Numbered from the stretch's first letter, positions 22,857-34,627 are shown. The stretch: 64,000 bases of DNA from Minutocellus sp. GHC0000111 (GCA_977018835.1 OZ361257.1:2418001-2482000); one strand, 5' to 3'. Numbers and translations: made by a program. The notes: a model not told the origin generated them from the letters alone.

Positions 22857-23311
22857 GGTTGAGAGAGTGGAGAATTTGAATTGTGAACGCGCGCCAGCAT
22901 GTCTCGTGCTTGAAAAATTTGGCGCATTGCGCCACAGGAGCTTTCGGGAAATTTGCGGGATGGCGAAAATCGGCTGAATTTTGCATGATTTAGCGTTGAA
23001 GGACCTCGCAGAAATCGGCACGACTTGCGCACATTCCTTTACGTCGACTTTGCGCAAAATTTACGTAAAATTTACGCCGATTTTATGTTCACTTGACGCC
23101 AATTTTACGCCGACTTTACGCCATCTTTACACGCAAAGCATGCCCCGCGAAAGAGCAAGAACATCACCAAATGTGAGTCATCGCCAACAGCAATGCATCA
23201 TGCACTTCTTGCTTGCTTTCATGCACGTGCACACATGAGCCGGAATCTGCACACACATCCTTGTCCTTGTCCTTCCTTGTCCTTTCTAGTCCATGTTTTG
23301 GTGGGGACACG

Positions 23312-24448
23312 ACTTGAAGACTTTGTTGAACATGGCGATGTGGGTGTCGATGATGGGTCCCCCGTCGTGCTGCTTCTCGAGCTGCTTCTCTAATTCCTCC
23401 TTCTGAGTCTCGTTGAATTTCAAGCAGCGATCGGTGATGCTGTGTCGATGATTTGGCGGATGGTGACTGGCTGGAAACCGAGCATGTCATCTTCGAGATG
23501 ATTGATGTAGACGGCGTCGATCGAGTCGAGGAGGAGATTCTTGAGCGCCGTGTTGACTTGCTCGTGCAAGTTGCAGTGGCCCCCTTTTCGACGTGCAACA
23601 TTGTCTCCCCGGACGTTGCACGATCGCGTTGGTCTAGATTGGCCACGGCGGGAATGGTGGGGCTGGAGCCAGGATTTGCCGGAGGCACATGTGGTCGGCC
23701 GTTACTTTTGGTGGTGTGTTCGGCATCGCTGACGACGAGGCCCAAATGGCCGAGGTTGTGGTCATGTTGCACCCTGCTGGAACACGCTGGCCGCCGCTTG
23801 CTTGTTGAAGCTCCTTGAGCGCTTTGGCAACACGCTCGCGTTGGGGAGGTTGTCCTGGGTCATTCATACGTGTGATTAACTTGGTGGGGAGAATCGGCGC
23901 TGCGCCGAGAGGTTGGCCAAAAACTGCGTCGGGATTCATGCTGGTGTTTCAGTCAGCGAAGACAGAGGCAGCACGGCGGTGTTGCTGCTGCGAGACGTGT
24001 GATCGACAGAAGGCTCGATCCAGAGAAGTGTGATCGATTGGATGGGTCGATCTGGTCAGGACTTTCGGGGAAGGGATTGGATCGTCGTTCCAATATTGTC
24101 GAAAGAAACTGTCGTTTTGGCCGATTGAAGATGTGTCGGTTTTTCTTGCGTGACGAGTGAGAACCCAAGACAAACCGGGGAGAGAGGTGCGAACCGAAAT
24201 GGGGCGAGCACGGGTGGAAAAGATGTGTCACGTAGGTCTGCTAAGAGGTCCTAAAGCTAAGCTAGATAGATATAGCTTGTAGAGGTTAATGGGACCTACG
24301 CAGATGAAAAATGGGCCATCGGAGATGTCGTTGGCCCATGATCGTTGGCCCATGGATCAACGGTCAGGAGAGGGCACTGAGTCAGTGGTCTGATCACCGT
24401 ACGTACCGTACGTACGTATACGTACGTACGTAACCCACGGCATCAACG
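23312..24448 (-). mobile_element. Truncated Ty1/Copia (CoDi-like) copy: 5' LTR 24239-24448, leader and 5' part of gag
   Basis: 23313-24038 aligns with 63303-64000; LTR aligns with 58196-58390. Confidence 0.95.
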
Positions 24449-24449
24449 A

Positions 24450-25050
24450 CCCTGGCTTGAACCGCGACCCTGCTCATGCGGGCTTCTGGTTACAGGCAAC
24501 GCCAGACGCTTAAAAACGATTTTCTCTCTCCTGGTCCTCAACTATCCGTAGAGCATCGTTCCCAACATCGTCTTTGTTCCTGTTCTCCCACTCGATCTGA
24601 AGAGCAGCATTGCAGCAATTGTGGCTAGCTTCTTTTTTGTGCAAAAAAGAGAGGCAAACACACACATGCACCTGCATGAAACAGATGAACAGCATGCAAA
24701 TAAATCGATGCATGTTCGAACTCACAACAATGGACGACTCGGCGCTGATCGCTTTGATCCATTTCCACACCCAATGTCGAAATGTCTTCTCGTCAGGACG
24801 ACTTGGATTGCGGACCTTTTGTCACACACACACATGTCGGATTCGGTCCCATGTGTTTTGAGAAACATGATCGCCCAAAGCATGTGTTCTGGACGTGACT
24901 TCGGCACATCGGCAGCACACCGATCCCAAATGTCGGACATCACTTGAGGGGGCGCAGTGCCATGCGATTGCCGCCATCGTCTCCACTGCTGCTCGGGGTC
25001 GGTCGGTCGGCGGATGCAGAGAGAGAGCGACACTTGCGACCGAGCACTTC
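24450..25050 (-). pseudogene. Harbinger/DDE_Tnp_4-like transposase remnant
   Basis: HMLWAIMFLKTHGTE, PDEKTFRHWVWKWIKAI, IEWENR..DVGND pieces; catalytic core missing. Confidence 0.7.
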
Positions 25051-25618
25051 ATTGCCCCATTGCCACCACGCCTCTGGAGGGAAGAGCGCAGTGGCCGTGG
25101 ATTTGGCATGACCATGTGGCTGTCGTCCTGGCTCGCTCCTCCTTGCTCCTCTTTCCTAGCTCGCTTCTTGCCATCTTGGCCGTCTTTGCCCCGCCTGGGA
25201 GCAACATCGACAAATCGCAATCACGAATGAGCAACCCGGAAAGTGAGTCGCCAAACAAGCCCACGAGCAAGGCCCACGAGCAAGACCGAAGCAAAGTGAC
25301 GCCATTGGCACGCCAAGCCAACGTGCACCCATTCAAACGCCCCCCAAGACCCCAACGCCCAGAATTATCGCCAATGAGTCCCCCGGGGCTCATCGGCGAA
25401 TCGTCACGACTTGAGCGCAGATGCATCGCACCCCAAGTAAAAGCATGCGATGTGGATGATGCCACAATCCAAAGATGCCAGATCAGCAGCTTAAGAGGGC
25501 GCTGTCCATAATTTTCCCCGTTTTTAATCCCCCTTATTCTTATTTCTTATGACGAGCGAAGCATGACAAAAACTCGACCCCACCATGAGAATCGCCGCTC
25601 TGCCCCCTCTTCATTACG

Positions 25619-26848
25619 ATGAAGCGCAGCGCTGATAATAGTGCCGGCCCGGCCCACAACGCAGATACCCGGTCGCGGAAACTCAAGACAGATAACTCCG
25701 GTCGCCCGATTTTGCCTGTTGACAAGAAGAAAGAGAAGGCGGAGGACAAAGCGAAAGACGCCGTTACCGAGATACTGGAGGGCCTCGCCGTCACGTTGGA
25801 GAACGACCCGAACGGACAAGGACGAGAATTATGGAACAATCCCGGCGTCGGCCATGCACTTCAACATCTTGTCAAAGCAGTCGAGGCTCGCGCTGATAAG
25901 TATCATGTTCGGGATGATATTGATGTCGCTGCTGAGCGGCCCGGCCTCGTAGTTACCAACCTGTCCGTGGCTGATGTGAAGTTGAGGCTGACGGTCGGCA
26001 TCGTCGATCAATTGCAAGATCCCATGTTTGACGCCGGACCTGAATTCTTCCCTATATTTCAACTTCATGGGAAACGGATCGATATTGGATCGGCTCTTGC
26101 TGCGCACGGCCGACCTTTCAACACCACATCGCTTACTTTGCTTGATGGAAGCGGAAAGCTTATCGTCGCTCGTGTTGCCCTGACAATTACCGAAAAGGAC
26201 CGAAGTCTACAACAGGGCCATGTGATCAAATTGACAAAGTTCCACCGATGGCATGTGGCTCCATATGATGACATACACTCTACTGCTGGGATTGGACTAG
26301 TTGATTTTGATATTGTTGGAATGGGCCAACTTCTGCAGGTAGATGGTGGGCCATCAGCAGCGATCAGATCGGACACGGATGCTCTTGTTGCGGCCGTTTG
26401 TGAGGAAGCCGACGATGATCCGACGGCAGCGTCGGAGGCAGACACATTCGGTAATTGGGACGAGACCAGAGAGAGGCCGCCAATACCCCCTGCTTGCTGC
26501 ACTGCCGCCAACCGAAGCTGCTCAATGTACGGCACACTCTTCTTTCAGAAATGCGTCTGCGAAGAAATGCTGGTGCCGACGGAGGAGGACCTGGAGGATA
26601 TCGCTGACAAATACTACGCAACCACCATGCCAGTCGAAGCCATGGCAAATAATTTCAAGAGGAACATGCTGTATTGGTACTATGCAACTGAGGTGTATCA
26701 TGTGAGAGGTTGGCTTGATCGGAAGCCCTTGCCAACCTGTCTAGTCTTTTGCATTAGGTTAATTTATCCAAATGATAAAGGTGAACGATATGTTGGATTC
26801 ATCCCTGGTCATCAAGATGAAGAGGAAGAAGAAGAGGAAAATGCATAA
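25619..26848 (+). CDS. Kolobok accessory protein (KolX-like) with a putative OB-fold
   Basis: C-terminal RKPLPTCLVFCIRLIYP...G.RYVGF resembles the KolX / P2X7-ballast motif; intact 409-aa ORF within the TIRs. Confidence 0.75.
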   Translation: MKRSADNSAGPAHNADTRSRKLKTDNSGRPILPVDKKKEKAEDKAKDAVTEILEGLAVTLENDPNGQGRELWNNPGVGHALQHLVKAVEARADKYHVRDDIDVAAERPGLVVTNLSVADVKLRLTVGIVDQLQDPMFDAGPEFFPIFQLHGKRIDIGSALAAHGRPFNTTSLTLLDGSGKLIVARVALTITEKDRSLQQGHVIKLTKFHRWHVAPYDDIHSTAGIGLVDFDIVGMGQLLQVDGGPSAAIRSDTDALVAAVCEEADDDPTAASEADTFGNWDETRERPPIPPACCTAANRSCSMYGTLFFQKCVCEEMLVPTEEDLEDIADKYYATTMPVEAMANNFKRNMLYWYYATEVYHVRGWLDRKPLPTCLVFCIRLIYPNDKGERYVGFIPGHQDEEEEEEENA

Positions 26849-26952
26849 TCATTACCTCAACACATGTAGATAACAAGAATGTGCGTAGCACATGAGTAAC
26901 AGCACACAATAAATCCATTTTTATTTACAGTGATAAAATATTTTACACGTGT

Positions 26953-29267
26953 TTACAAGCTGCCATTTTCTCTCAGTATCGCCGGCATCCAAGAGCTAAC
27001 ATCATTTGCCGATACACCGAAGTTTGTCTTAGCTTTCTTATTATTTCTTGCAGATTTCTTGTTGCTGCCTGGGCTTCTGCGCTTCTTTCCGGCGTAAACG
27101 ACAACGTCGTCAGCATCGTCGCATTGACATTCAGCCCGAGTGTGGCCAAGCTGCTTGCATTTCTGACACTGCTGGTCAATCTTCTTCTTGCGGCCAGGCT
27201 TTGCTGGTTTCGCCTTACCAGCAGCTAGGGCCCTGTTCTTCTTGTACACATAGTCCTTGTCGTCTTTCTCGCTTCTGTTTCGCAAGGCTGCTCGAAGGCG
27301 CTTGCTGTCGCTCTTGCTCTTTTTGTACTCATCGGTGCGCTTACGCGCAAGGTCGCCCTCGAGCTTCCGGTCAATTGCATCGAATCCATCTTTTCGGGTA
27401 GGAGAATCCCTCGATCCCAACTTTCCAAGAACTCGCTCATTGAATTCCGTACCCAGTGACTTGTGGCCAGCGGCTCTACTTGTTGCATTTGGGTAGGCGT
27501 CTGAAGCAGTCAAATTCGGCCTTTTCCCCATCGTGAACTTCGTCACCATCCCGTTGAGCTGTTCCGACGCCGGTGGTAGATTCCTTCTTGCAGTTGGAGT
27601 CGGCAGCATTCTTGTTGATTCTCTTGGTTATTTCAAGCGTCATCTTGCGAATCGTGTCGTCACTAATCTCCAATATGTCGCCATCGAATTGATTCCCCGA
27701 GCTCCATTCCTCATCGAGCTTGCCATCACTCCAATCAGGATGAGCAATGCTGAGGCGAATCCAATCACACGTGTTGGTGGTGCAAAAAGTGTGAATGCCA
27801 CATTGGTGACGAACGACGGACTGGAGTTCTTTCTGAAGGAGGGCCAGATGACTTTGTTTTTCCTCCTCGGACACAGCACCATCGGGCTGATCGAGAACGC
27901 TGTGCTTGTACCGATCAGTAATCTTCGAAATGTCCTGTTTCATCCGATTGATGCGTGGTCGGGGGATGGCATAAAAATTTTCAACTCCCAACATTCTCGG
28001 CCAGATGCTCCTCTGCCACACCGGGGGAGTGGGAAGAGTTGCGATAGCAGAAGCCATCATGGTCGTACAGGGCCAGCATCTCATCCTTGCTCATGTTTTT
28101 GAGCTCACTCGGCGTTATTGGATTGCCGGCTTCCCGCCTCTCCCTCAATCTTGCATTGCAGGCTCTCACGCAATGGTGGCAGCTTGCCTGAGAGATTCCC
28201 TTGTCAACAACAAGGCCAGTTTCCTTGTCTACGGCAAATACCGCTGCAGCAGAGCCAGTGTAGCAATGGCCGTAGTCGCGTTTGAGGGCGCTGCCGTCTT
28301 GGGCCACCGTAACCACCGCCGCCGTGTGCATCTCGCCGCCTTGTTCAAACTCAACAGTCTTGCTGCTAGCGGCATGTGCTTTTGCCCTATTCTCGTCAAT
28401 GATTTCATCAGCTGCTTCAACAGCCGCTGCTCTGCATTTCTTTTCCACCTGTCGGGCATTCTTTTCGGTCGGATGGACGATGTCGGCCTTCGTGCAGAAA
28501 TTCATGAAGCGACTTGCGCACATGGCCTCATCTTCCGCTGCCTCCATCAGCTCCAAGCTCATTCCAGCCTGACTTCTAGAATGCTTTCTGCCGGGGCACA
28601 CAACTTCTGACCTCTGGCCGATCCAAGTGCAAAAAGAAAAAGGTTGGTTGCATCTATCGCATCGCCATTCAAATGTAACGCCGAATCCACGCCGAACTGG
28701 CTCGGCCGAGAGATGCAGATTGCCGCACGATCGGTGGAGACTCTGCACGAAATCACACAGCTGCTTCATCTCAACCACAATTCTTTTGCCGTTGAGCTGC
28801 ACGCCGGTGATGTTGGGACGATCGGCAGCGTTGGCGGTGGGAGTAGATGACCGACCGCCCGAAGAATTCTTGTCGGAATAATGTTTCAGCATCGCGTTGA
28901 GATGGGGCCCATGCTTTTCATCGTCCTGGAAGTAATTTTCAGGCATGGTCGGCAGTGATCGCTTGCCATTGCGTTGAGAGCGTGGGCTGGCGTTATCGGC
29001 TATTCTGGAGAAGCGGTAGAAGGGCTTTGCAACGTCAAGGCCTGATATTTTCTCTGGACGTCGTCGTTGGATGTTGACCTCGTGTCGTGTTGGGACGTGT
29101 TGAAGAGATGATCGAACAAGAGAGATCTCTAAGCTCGGCGACACGCCACCGCGCATCAAGATGCGGACAAGCTCATCAATAGTGTAGTAAGTACATCTGA
29201 CGTCGTCTGGGAATGAGAGCAAGAGTGAGAGGATTGCCTCCTTGGCGTTAGCACGTGATGTTTCCAT
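26953..29267 (-). pseudogene. Kolobok DDE transposase, frameshifted and internally deleted
   Basis: VTVAQDGSALKR...TGLVVD...CHHC, CYRN...AEE, SEQLN, C-terminal CQKCKQLGHTRAEC knuckle; three frames, second Asp region absent. Confidence 0.8.
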
Positions 29268-29736
29268 GGTTGTTTTTTTGTTTTGTGTCGGTTCTGGCGC
29301 AAGACACGCTTTTCGATGAGAACCTTACAAAAAGAACCCCAAATGAGGGAGACGTGCAAAAACACCCCAAACAAATATCCCCTTACCTCCCAACAGCAAA
29401 ACTTCAAGATATCTTCCCACCAGCACCACCAATGCTGGTTGTGCGTCGGCCGAGACTAATTTCGGTCGATCCGACAATGATGTGTGCGTCGACTGTTGCA
29501 TTTCTGAGGGAGAAATGATTCATCGAAGTTCCTCTGAACCAAGTGTTCCTGGAGGGATTTCCGACTTAATGCTGAAAGGAACGTCGATGACTCTTCGCCA
29601 CTGTGGAGAGCGGCGGCCTTCGATGAGGAGCCCATTGTCACGTTGGAGTGCTAACTTTGGCGATGGTGCGAAGAAAAAACGGCACAAAACACGCATTTTG
29701 GGGGCTTCCTAAAAGTTATGGACAGCGCCCTCTTAA

Positions 29737-30820
29737 GCCAGGGGAGGCGGACTACGAGAAGTTGAAAGCCACCGCTGCCTTATTGACATCACAGGGCACA
29801 ATCACTGGTACCGAGAGTCCTTTTCCTTCGAAAACAGTCTACGAAAAGGCTGGGCTTCCGATCAACCCTCCCAACGCCGACGGATACAAACCTGCGGCTC
29901 TTCGTGCCGCGATGACTCAAAGAATTCTTCCAGAACTTATAACGCCGAGAGGAGAACCCGAGCAACAAGAACAAGAGGCCGACGGCGACGCTGTGGGCCG
30001 TACATCGGCAACTCCTCGAGTCGATAGGAAGCCTGCTGCCAATGCAACACCCCCAGCTGCTGCAGCTGCACCTGCTACTGGCAACACGCAAGGCTCGCCC
30101 AACCAAACCGAGAACTGGACCGTTGATTCTAGCAGCACAATAATGCCGAAGAAGATTACCGAGTTCCTCCGGGAGGAGTGGGATATTTACACCGATGAAA
30201 GGGGCTGGAAGCTAATGAGGCTTTTTTATCATCCTGTGGAAGGTTGCGATCCTGAGGACGTGAAGTGGACCATCGAGACAGATGACTCGGGCGCCAACCG
30301 AATTCTGCGAATGACATGGACGAGGCCAAAGATTTCGTTCTGGTTCCAAGCAAAGGGTCTCTTCCGAATTTTCTTTGATCTCAATGATAATCAGGAGCCT
30401 CCTATCACCAGCGCTATGAAATTCTCGTTTCAATTCGATCCTAAACAAGAAGAATGATAGACCCAAGGATTTTTTTGTTGAGGTCGAGGAGTGGCTCCTC
30501 CCCTTCGAAGTTGAGCGCATCCTTCATTCTCTCCTCTTCAGGACCATGGCATTGGAGAAAATGATATCTACGCCATTGATGAGAACACGAACGAAGGGTA
30601 TTTCCTTGTTACCATGGTTGTTGATCGCGGAACATTTCATGAAATGGAAACAAGGAAGAAGAACACTTTTGGCAGACGCTGGCGTGATGACAACAGCACC
30701 TATTGTGGCGGTAGCGACGGCGGCAATAATGGTAATAATTGCAATGGAAATGGGCTGCCTTTGTCCACCCTCAAAATTCAACAGCCTCTATGTCGGATGC
30801 TTGATTTGAGTAAAGATTGA
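29737..30820 (+). pseudogene. Accessory ORF of the outer element, interrupted by the Kolobok
   Basis: Removing the Kolobok and one TTAA joins 25475-25494 to this region as MPDQQLKPGEADYEKLK; reading frame breaks near 30457. Confidence 0.5.
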
Positions 30821-31300
30821 ACAGAGGACATGCTATGTTATTTGGATTCATGGAGAACTGGAGATAGGAATGTGGTAGGTGTACTGGTACTACTATCAGC
30901 ATTTGTGCACGTAAATTAAATTACTATTTGATCGTATCTCGCACATATCGTCTTGTAACAAATATTTGTGCAGATGCACCGGCATAATGTCGGTGATTCT
31001 TACGTGTAATGTAAGTGTAATTTACGCATCAATTTACGCATCAAATTTGCGTAAAATTTACGTCGACTCGGCGTCAAATTGATGTTTCCTTGACGTATAC
31101 TTTACGTAAATTTTACGCAAAATTGGTGTCTCTTTTACGTCAAGGCGAAACATGTCTGCGAGGTCGAAAAACACAAAATGTTGCGTGGGACTCCCAAAAC
31201 ACACCTTTTCGCCAAATTCCCGCAAGCTCCAGCGGCCTGTCCGTCGCCACTTCCCTGCCGCCGCAGCAACCGCACACTCAAAACGTCACGACGAACAACA

Positions 31301-32527
31301 ATGGAGACCGCTCTACTTTTGGTGGAGGCCATCCCTCAGAAGTTGGACGCCATCGTCCAATTGGTCCGCAATGGTCTGTGCTGCGTCAAGGACTTGCAAG
31401 TCGGACCGGGCTATCTCCACGATCCGGCCGTCACGGCCAAGTACTACCGCTTCCCGGAACCCCTCGATCAGACGACGCCCCTCGAGATTGCCATCTGCCT
31501 CTGCCAATTCTTTGCCTTTGTCAGCGTCAGCAAGAGCGGTTATGGCCTCATGACCAAGAGTGGTTGGTTCAAGCTGAAACGCGTGCAGCGTCTCATCGAG
31601 AAGCGTGGTGCGAGCAGTGCCGGGAAGGATGCTGCTGTCACCTCCTCGGAGGATGTCGTCAATCGCATCATTGATGAAAGCCTGGAGAAGGAACGTGCCG
31701 ATGCCAATCGTTGCATCTTTGTCGGAGCCAACGTTTTGGCTATTGGCCTCAGCTTCTTTTGGCTGGTGTGCAACTCTCTGCATATTACGCAGACGAATTG
31801 GGTGGGAGGACTTCCAGCTCTTATCCATGCTCTAACGGTAATGGAGATTGCCTTGGCACCACTGCTGTATTACATGCTCAAGGATGGAGCCGCCCACCTG
31901 GTCCGATCGGCCAGTATTCTGAAGTTCCGCACCAATCTCAGTCAGGCGCTCGATGACAAGAAGAAGACTGCAGCTGAGCAGTTGTTGGGATACGAAACAT
32001 ACTGCTGGATCCGAGAGGGTGGATGGTCTCCATTCTGGGAGAAGCCCGCCACCAGCCCCCGTGCTGGGAAGAAGGCGCAGATGGAAGAGGATGCTGCCCT
32101 GGATCGCGAGATCAAGCAGGTCCGCGCCTTCGTGGAAGGCCTTACCCACGGCGATCGCAGAACGACGTCCGTCAAGGCCTTTGTTGCGGAAGCCAAGGAC
32201 GCATGCGAAGAGGACGGACGACTCGATGAGCTTTCCGTGGAAACTCGGTGGCATGGATACTTGGAGTACATTTACTTCGTCCTAAACTTTATTGCCTTCT
32301 ATGGGTACATGCTGGGCATCCTAACGTACTACTTTGACGATGATTATCTCGAGGGAACTTACACCGGATCATTGCGATTGGGATACAACAATGCCAGTGC
32401 CGATTGGGGTGGAAACTTTGCAGGAGACGCAATGTGGACTGTCGAACCGGTCTTCATCCTCTCGACGCCGATGCTGCTTGGTTGGGTCAAGCCCAAGAAG
32501 GCCGCCGAGAAGGCTAAGCAAGAATAA
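31301..32527 (+). CDS. Hypothetical multi-pass membrane protein
   Basis: Long ORF with coding-like codon usage and several TM segments. Confidence 0.8.
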   Translation: METALLLVEAIPQKLDAIVQLVRNGLCCVKDLQVGPGYLHDPAVTAKYYRFPEPLDQTTPLEIAICLCQFFAFVSVSKSGYGLMTKSGWFKLKRVQRLIEKRGASSAGKDAAVTSSEDVVNRIIDESLEKERADANRCIFVGANVLAIGLSFFWLVCNSLHITQTNWVGGLPALIHALTVMEIALAPLLYYMLKDGAAHLVRSASILKFRTNLSQALDDKKKTAAEQLLGYETYCWIREGGWSPFWEKPATSPRAGKKAQMEEDAALDREIKQVRAFVEGLTHGDRRTTSVKAFVAEAKDACEEDGRLDELSVETRWHGYLEYIYFVLNFIAFYGYMLGILTYYFDDDYLEGTYTGSLRLGYNNASADWGGNFAGDAMWTVEPVFILSTPMLLGWVKPKKAAEKAKQE

Positions 32528-32759
32528 AAGTAATATGTGTACATCCAAGATTTGTTGCTGACAAAGGAGGCAGGATCGTGACTTGCATCATTCATTACGT
32601 GTACTGACTGGTGCACTGTGCAGCACACTGGGAGAAGCTGCTTGTCTTGTCCAACAGTCCGGGCGTCTCTTGGTTCCACGTGTAAAATCGCTCGTACGCA
32701 TGAGCGAGCCGGGAGATCGCGCGCGACCACTCTCTCTTTACAAGACGTAGCGACAACCA

Positions 32760-33667
32760 ATGAACTTATTAACAGTATCCGCGGCCCTCCTCGCCGCTTT
32801 GTTGCAGGCGGTGGCCGGCAGCAGCACGTCGTCACCGCCCATTCCGGGTTCATCACCCTTTGTGTTCGACATTGCTAACCAGCGGCCGGTATCCTTCCGC
32901 TCTGGTCCCTTCAAGGCCGTCCTGTCCAAGTGGGAGAATGCCCGCGATTTGGCGCTGCTGGAGCAGGCCGTCGAGGATCACAACGCCGAGATCGTTGCCA
33001 CGGCGCCCGATGCGGTCAGTAAAGTGACGTCCCGCCGCCTCATCGTGCTCCCCCTCGACGAGCGATTCGACCCGCCGGCTGGAATGTTTTCGCATGGCCA
33101 TGTCCAAACGGGTGATAAGATGAGTTTGCCGTCGTGCTTTTGGCAGGCCATCCAGAAGACGGCGGCCGAGGTTCCGTGGCTCTTCGAGGTGTCGCGAGTG
33201 GATGGCGTTACCGGTCCCCGCGCTGCAATGCCCATTGGACAGGAAGACGCCGGCCTCGACCGAGTAGTTGCAGTGCGATTGACTTTCGATCACCGTCGAA
33301 TTACATCTTTTTGCCCCGGTGGATGATGCTGGCGTTGGCCCTCAAGCCGAGGGATGTCGTGGATGTTCGATTGATCGAGGATGTACCGCCCGGATCGGCC
33401 GTTCGATTGCGACCTCACCGATCGGAATTCCTTCAGATATCGAACCATCAGGCTGTTTTGGAGACGGAACTGAAGCACTACAGTGCCCTCACAAGAGGCG
33501 CGACAATACCATTCGATTACAACGGCAAGCGATATTATTTCGACGTGGTCGATCTGCGAAGCGCCCCAAGAGGAGAAAAGGTACCAATGGCCAAGGTGCA
33601 AGATTGCGACTTGGCGGCGGAATTTACCAAAGCAAAGGACCAAATGAAAGCAAAGGACAAGAAATAA
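32760..33667 (+). CDS. UFD1: Ufd1-family protein with signal peptide (probable SELMA isoform); apparent frameshift near 33270
   Basis: GDKMSLPS, PWLFE, YIFLPRWMM, LRPHRSEFLQISNHQAVLETELKHYSALT, VQDCDLAAEF. Confidence 0.85.
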
Positions 33668-34033
33668 ATGAGTAGAATTTTGCACTTAGGGATCCCTACT
33701 TGAAACTTTCACTGTGTATGCCGGACGAGTCTACCAGTGCATGGGTTTTATCCAGTTGCGTGCATCATCTCGGCAAAAGATACCGGTATGATGAGATCCG
33801 ATTATTTCTCTCGAGGGCTGGACATATTTCATTTTTTCCTCCAGATCGGCACAGTTTCTTACGTACGATCTTACTCTAGCTAGACTAGCTAGAAGTACGT
33901 ACATGACATGTACGCTGCGACTCAGGTGCGCATGATCACTTTTCGCCCGTGACACCTACCTCCTGCCAAATCGAAAGAAGCAGTCAACCGAATGACCTCA
34001 TCCATTCAGCTCACTCAGTCCGTTCGATTCATC

Positions 34034-34627
34034 ATGAAGCTGTCCCTCGTCATCTTTACCACCGCCTGGTCGCTGACCACTGGCTTTTCTCACAACAATC
34101 CTCACCATTGGCCTCCAGCGTCGCCCACTCTTCAACATTCGGACCGTCTCACTTGGCAAGAATATGATGCCACGAATATTGATCCGCTTGTCCCCCACGC
34201 CGAGGTTGGAGATATGGAACATGTGGATTGCTCCGCGGAGGAAGACGATGATTGTTACTGGGTAGAGAATTATTTCGAAGGCGCGGCGAGCATCGACATC
34301 GACAATAAGGGCGAGATTAGTAGTGCATACTGGAAACAGAAGTATCTAGATGATCAGCAGAAACTGCATCACATGGACGACAAGGAGGCAGCTGCCGCGA
34401 TGAACGCCGTCGCTGAAACCAATGGCATCGGAACGAAGGACACCTGGAGTCACTACGAGCACGAATATATTGATGAGCTCCACAAGCCTTCCAAGATGGC
34501 AGCGAAACCGGTAAAGAATCCAATGGATACCCGGAAGCGTGCTATCGCAGACGAGTATTGGGCAGAGAAGAATCGCGATGAGAAGGAAAAGATTGCCAAG
34601 ATGTCTGGTATGGATTTGCTTCCCTGA
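34034..34627 (+). CDS. Hypothetical protein with signal peptide
   Basis: MKLSLVIF...TTG-F leader; acidic body with repeated YW motifs. Confidence 0.7.
   Translation: MKLSLVIFTTAWSLTTGFSHNNPHHWPPASPTLQHSDRLTWQEYDATNIDPLVPHAEVGDMEHVDCSAEEDDDCYWVENYFEGAASIDIDNKGEISSAYWKQKYLDDQQKLHHMDDKEAAAAMNAVAETNGIGTKDTWSHYEHEYIDELHKPSKMAAKPVKNPMDTRKRAIADEYWAEKNRDEKEKIAKMSGMDLLP

Larger units (their letters stand above)
25495..29732. mobile_element. Kolobok-superfamily DNA transposon, 4238 bp
   Basis: TTAA duplication (25491-94, 29733-36); TIR GAGGGCGCTGTCCATAA; two convergent genes. Confidence 0.92.
23035..31146. mobile_element. Probable PIF/Harbinger-like element (outer layer of a nest); exact ends unresolved
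   Basis: Related TTTACG/CGTAAA arrays at 23035-23132 and 31018-31143; transposase remnant (-) and a divergent accessory ORF (+) inside. Confidence 0.55.

Noticed and set aside
24215..24238. Primer-binding site after the 5' LTR (GACCTACGTGACAC on the minus strand)
   Set aside because: No TGG start and I could not assign a tRNA with confidence.
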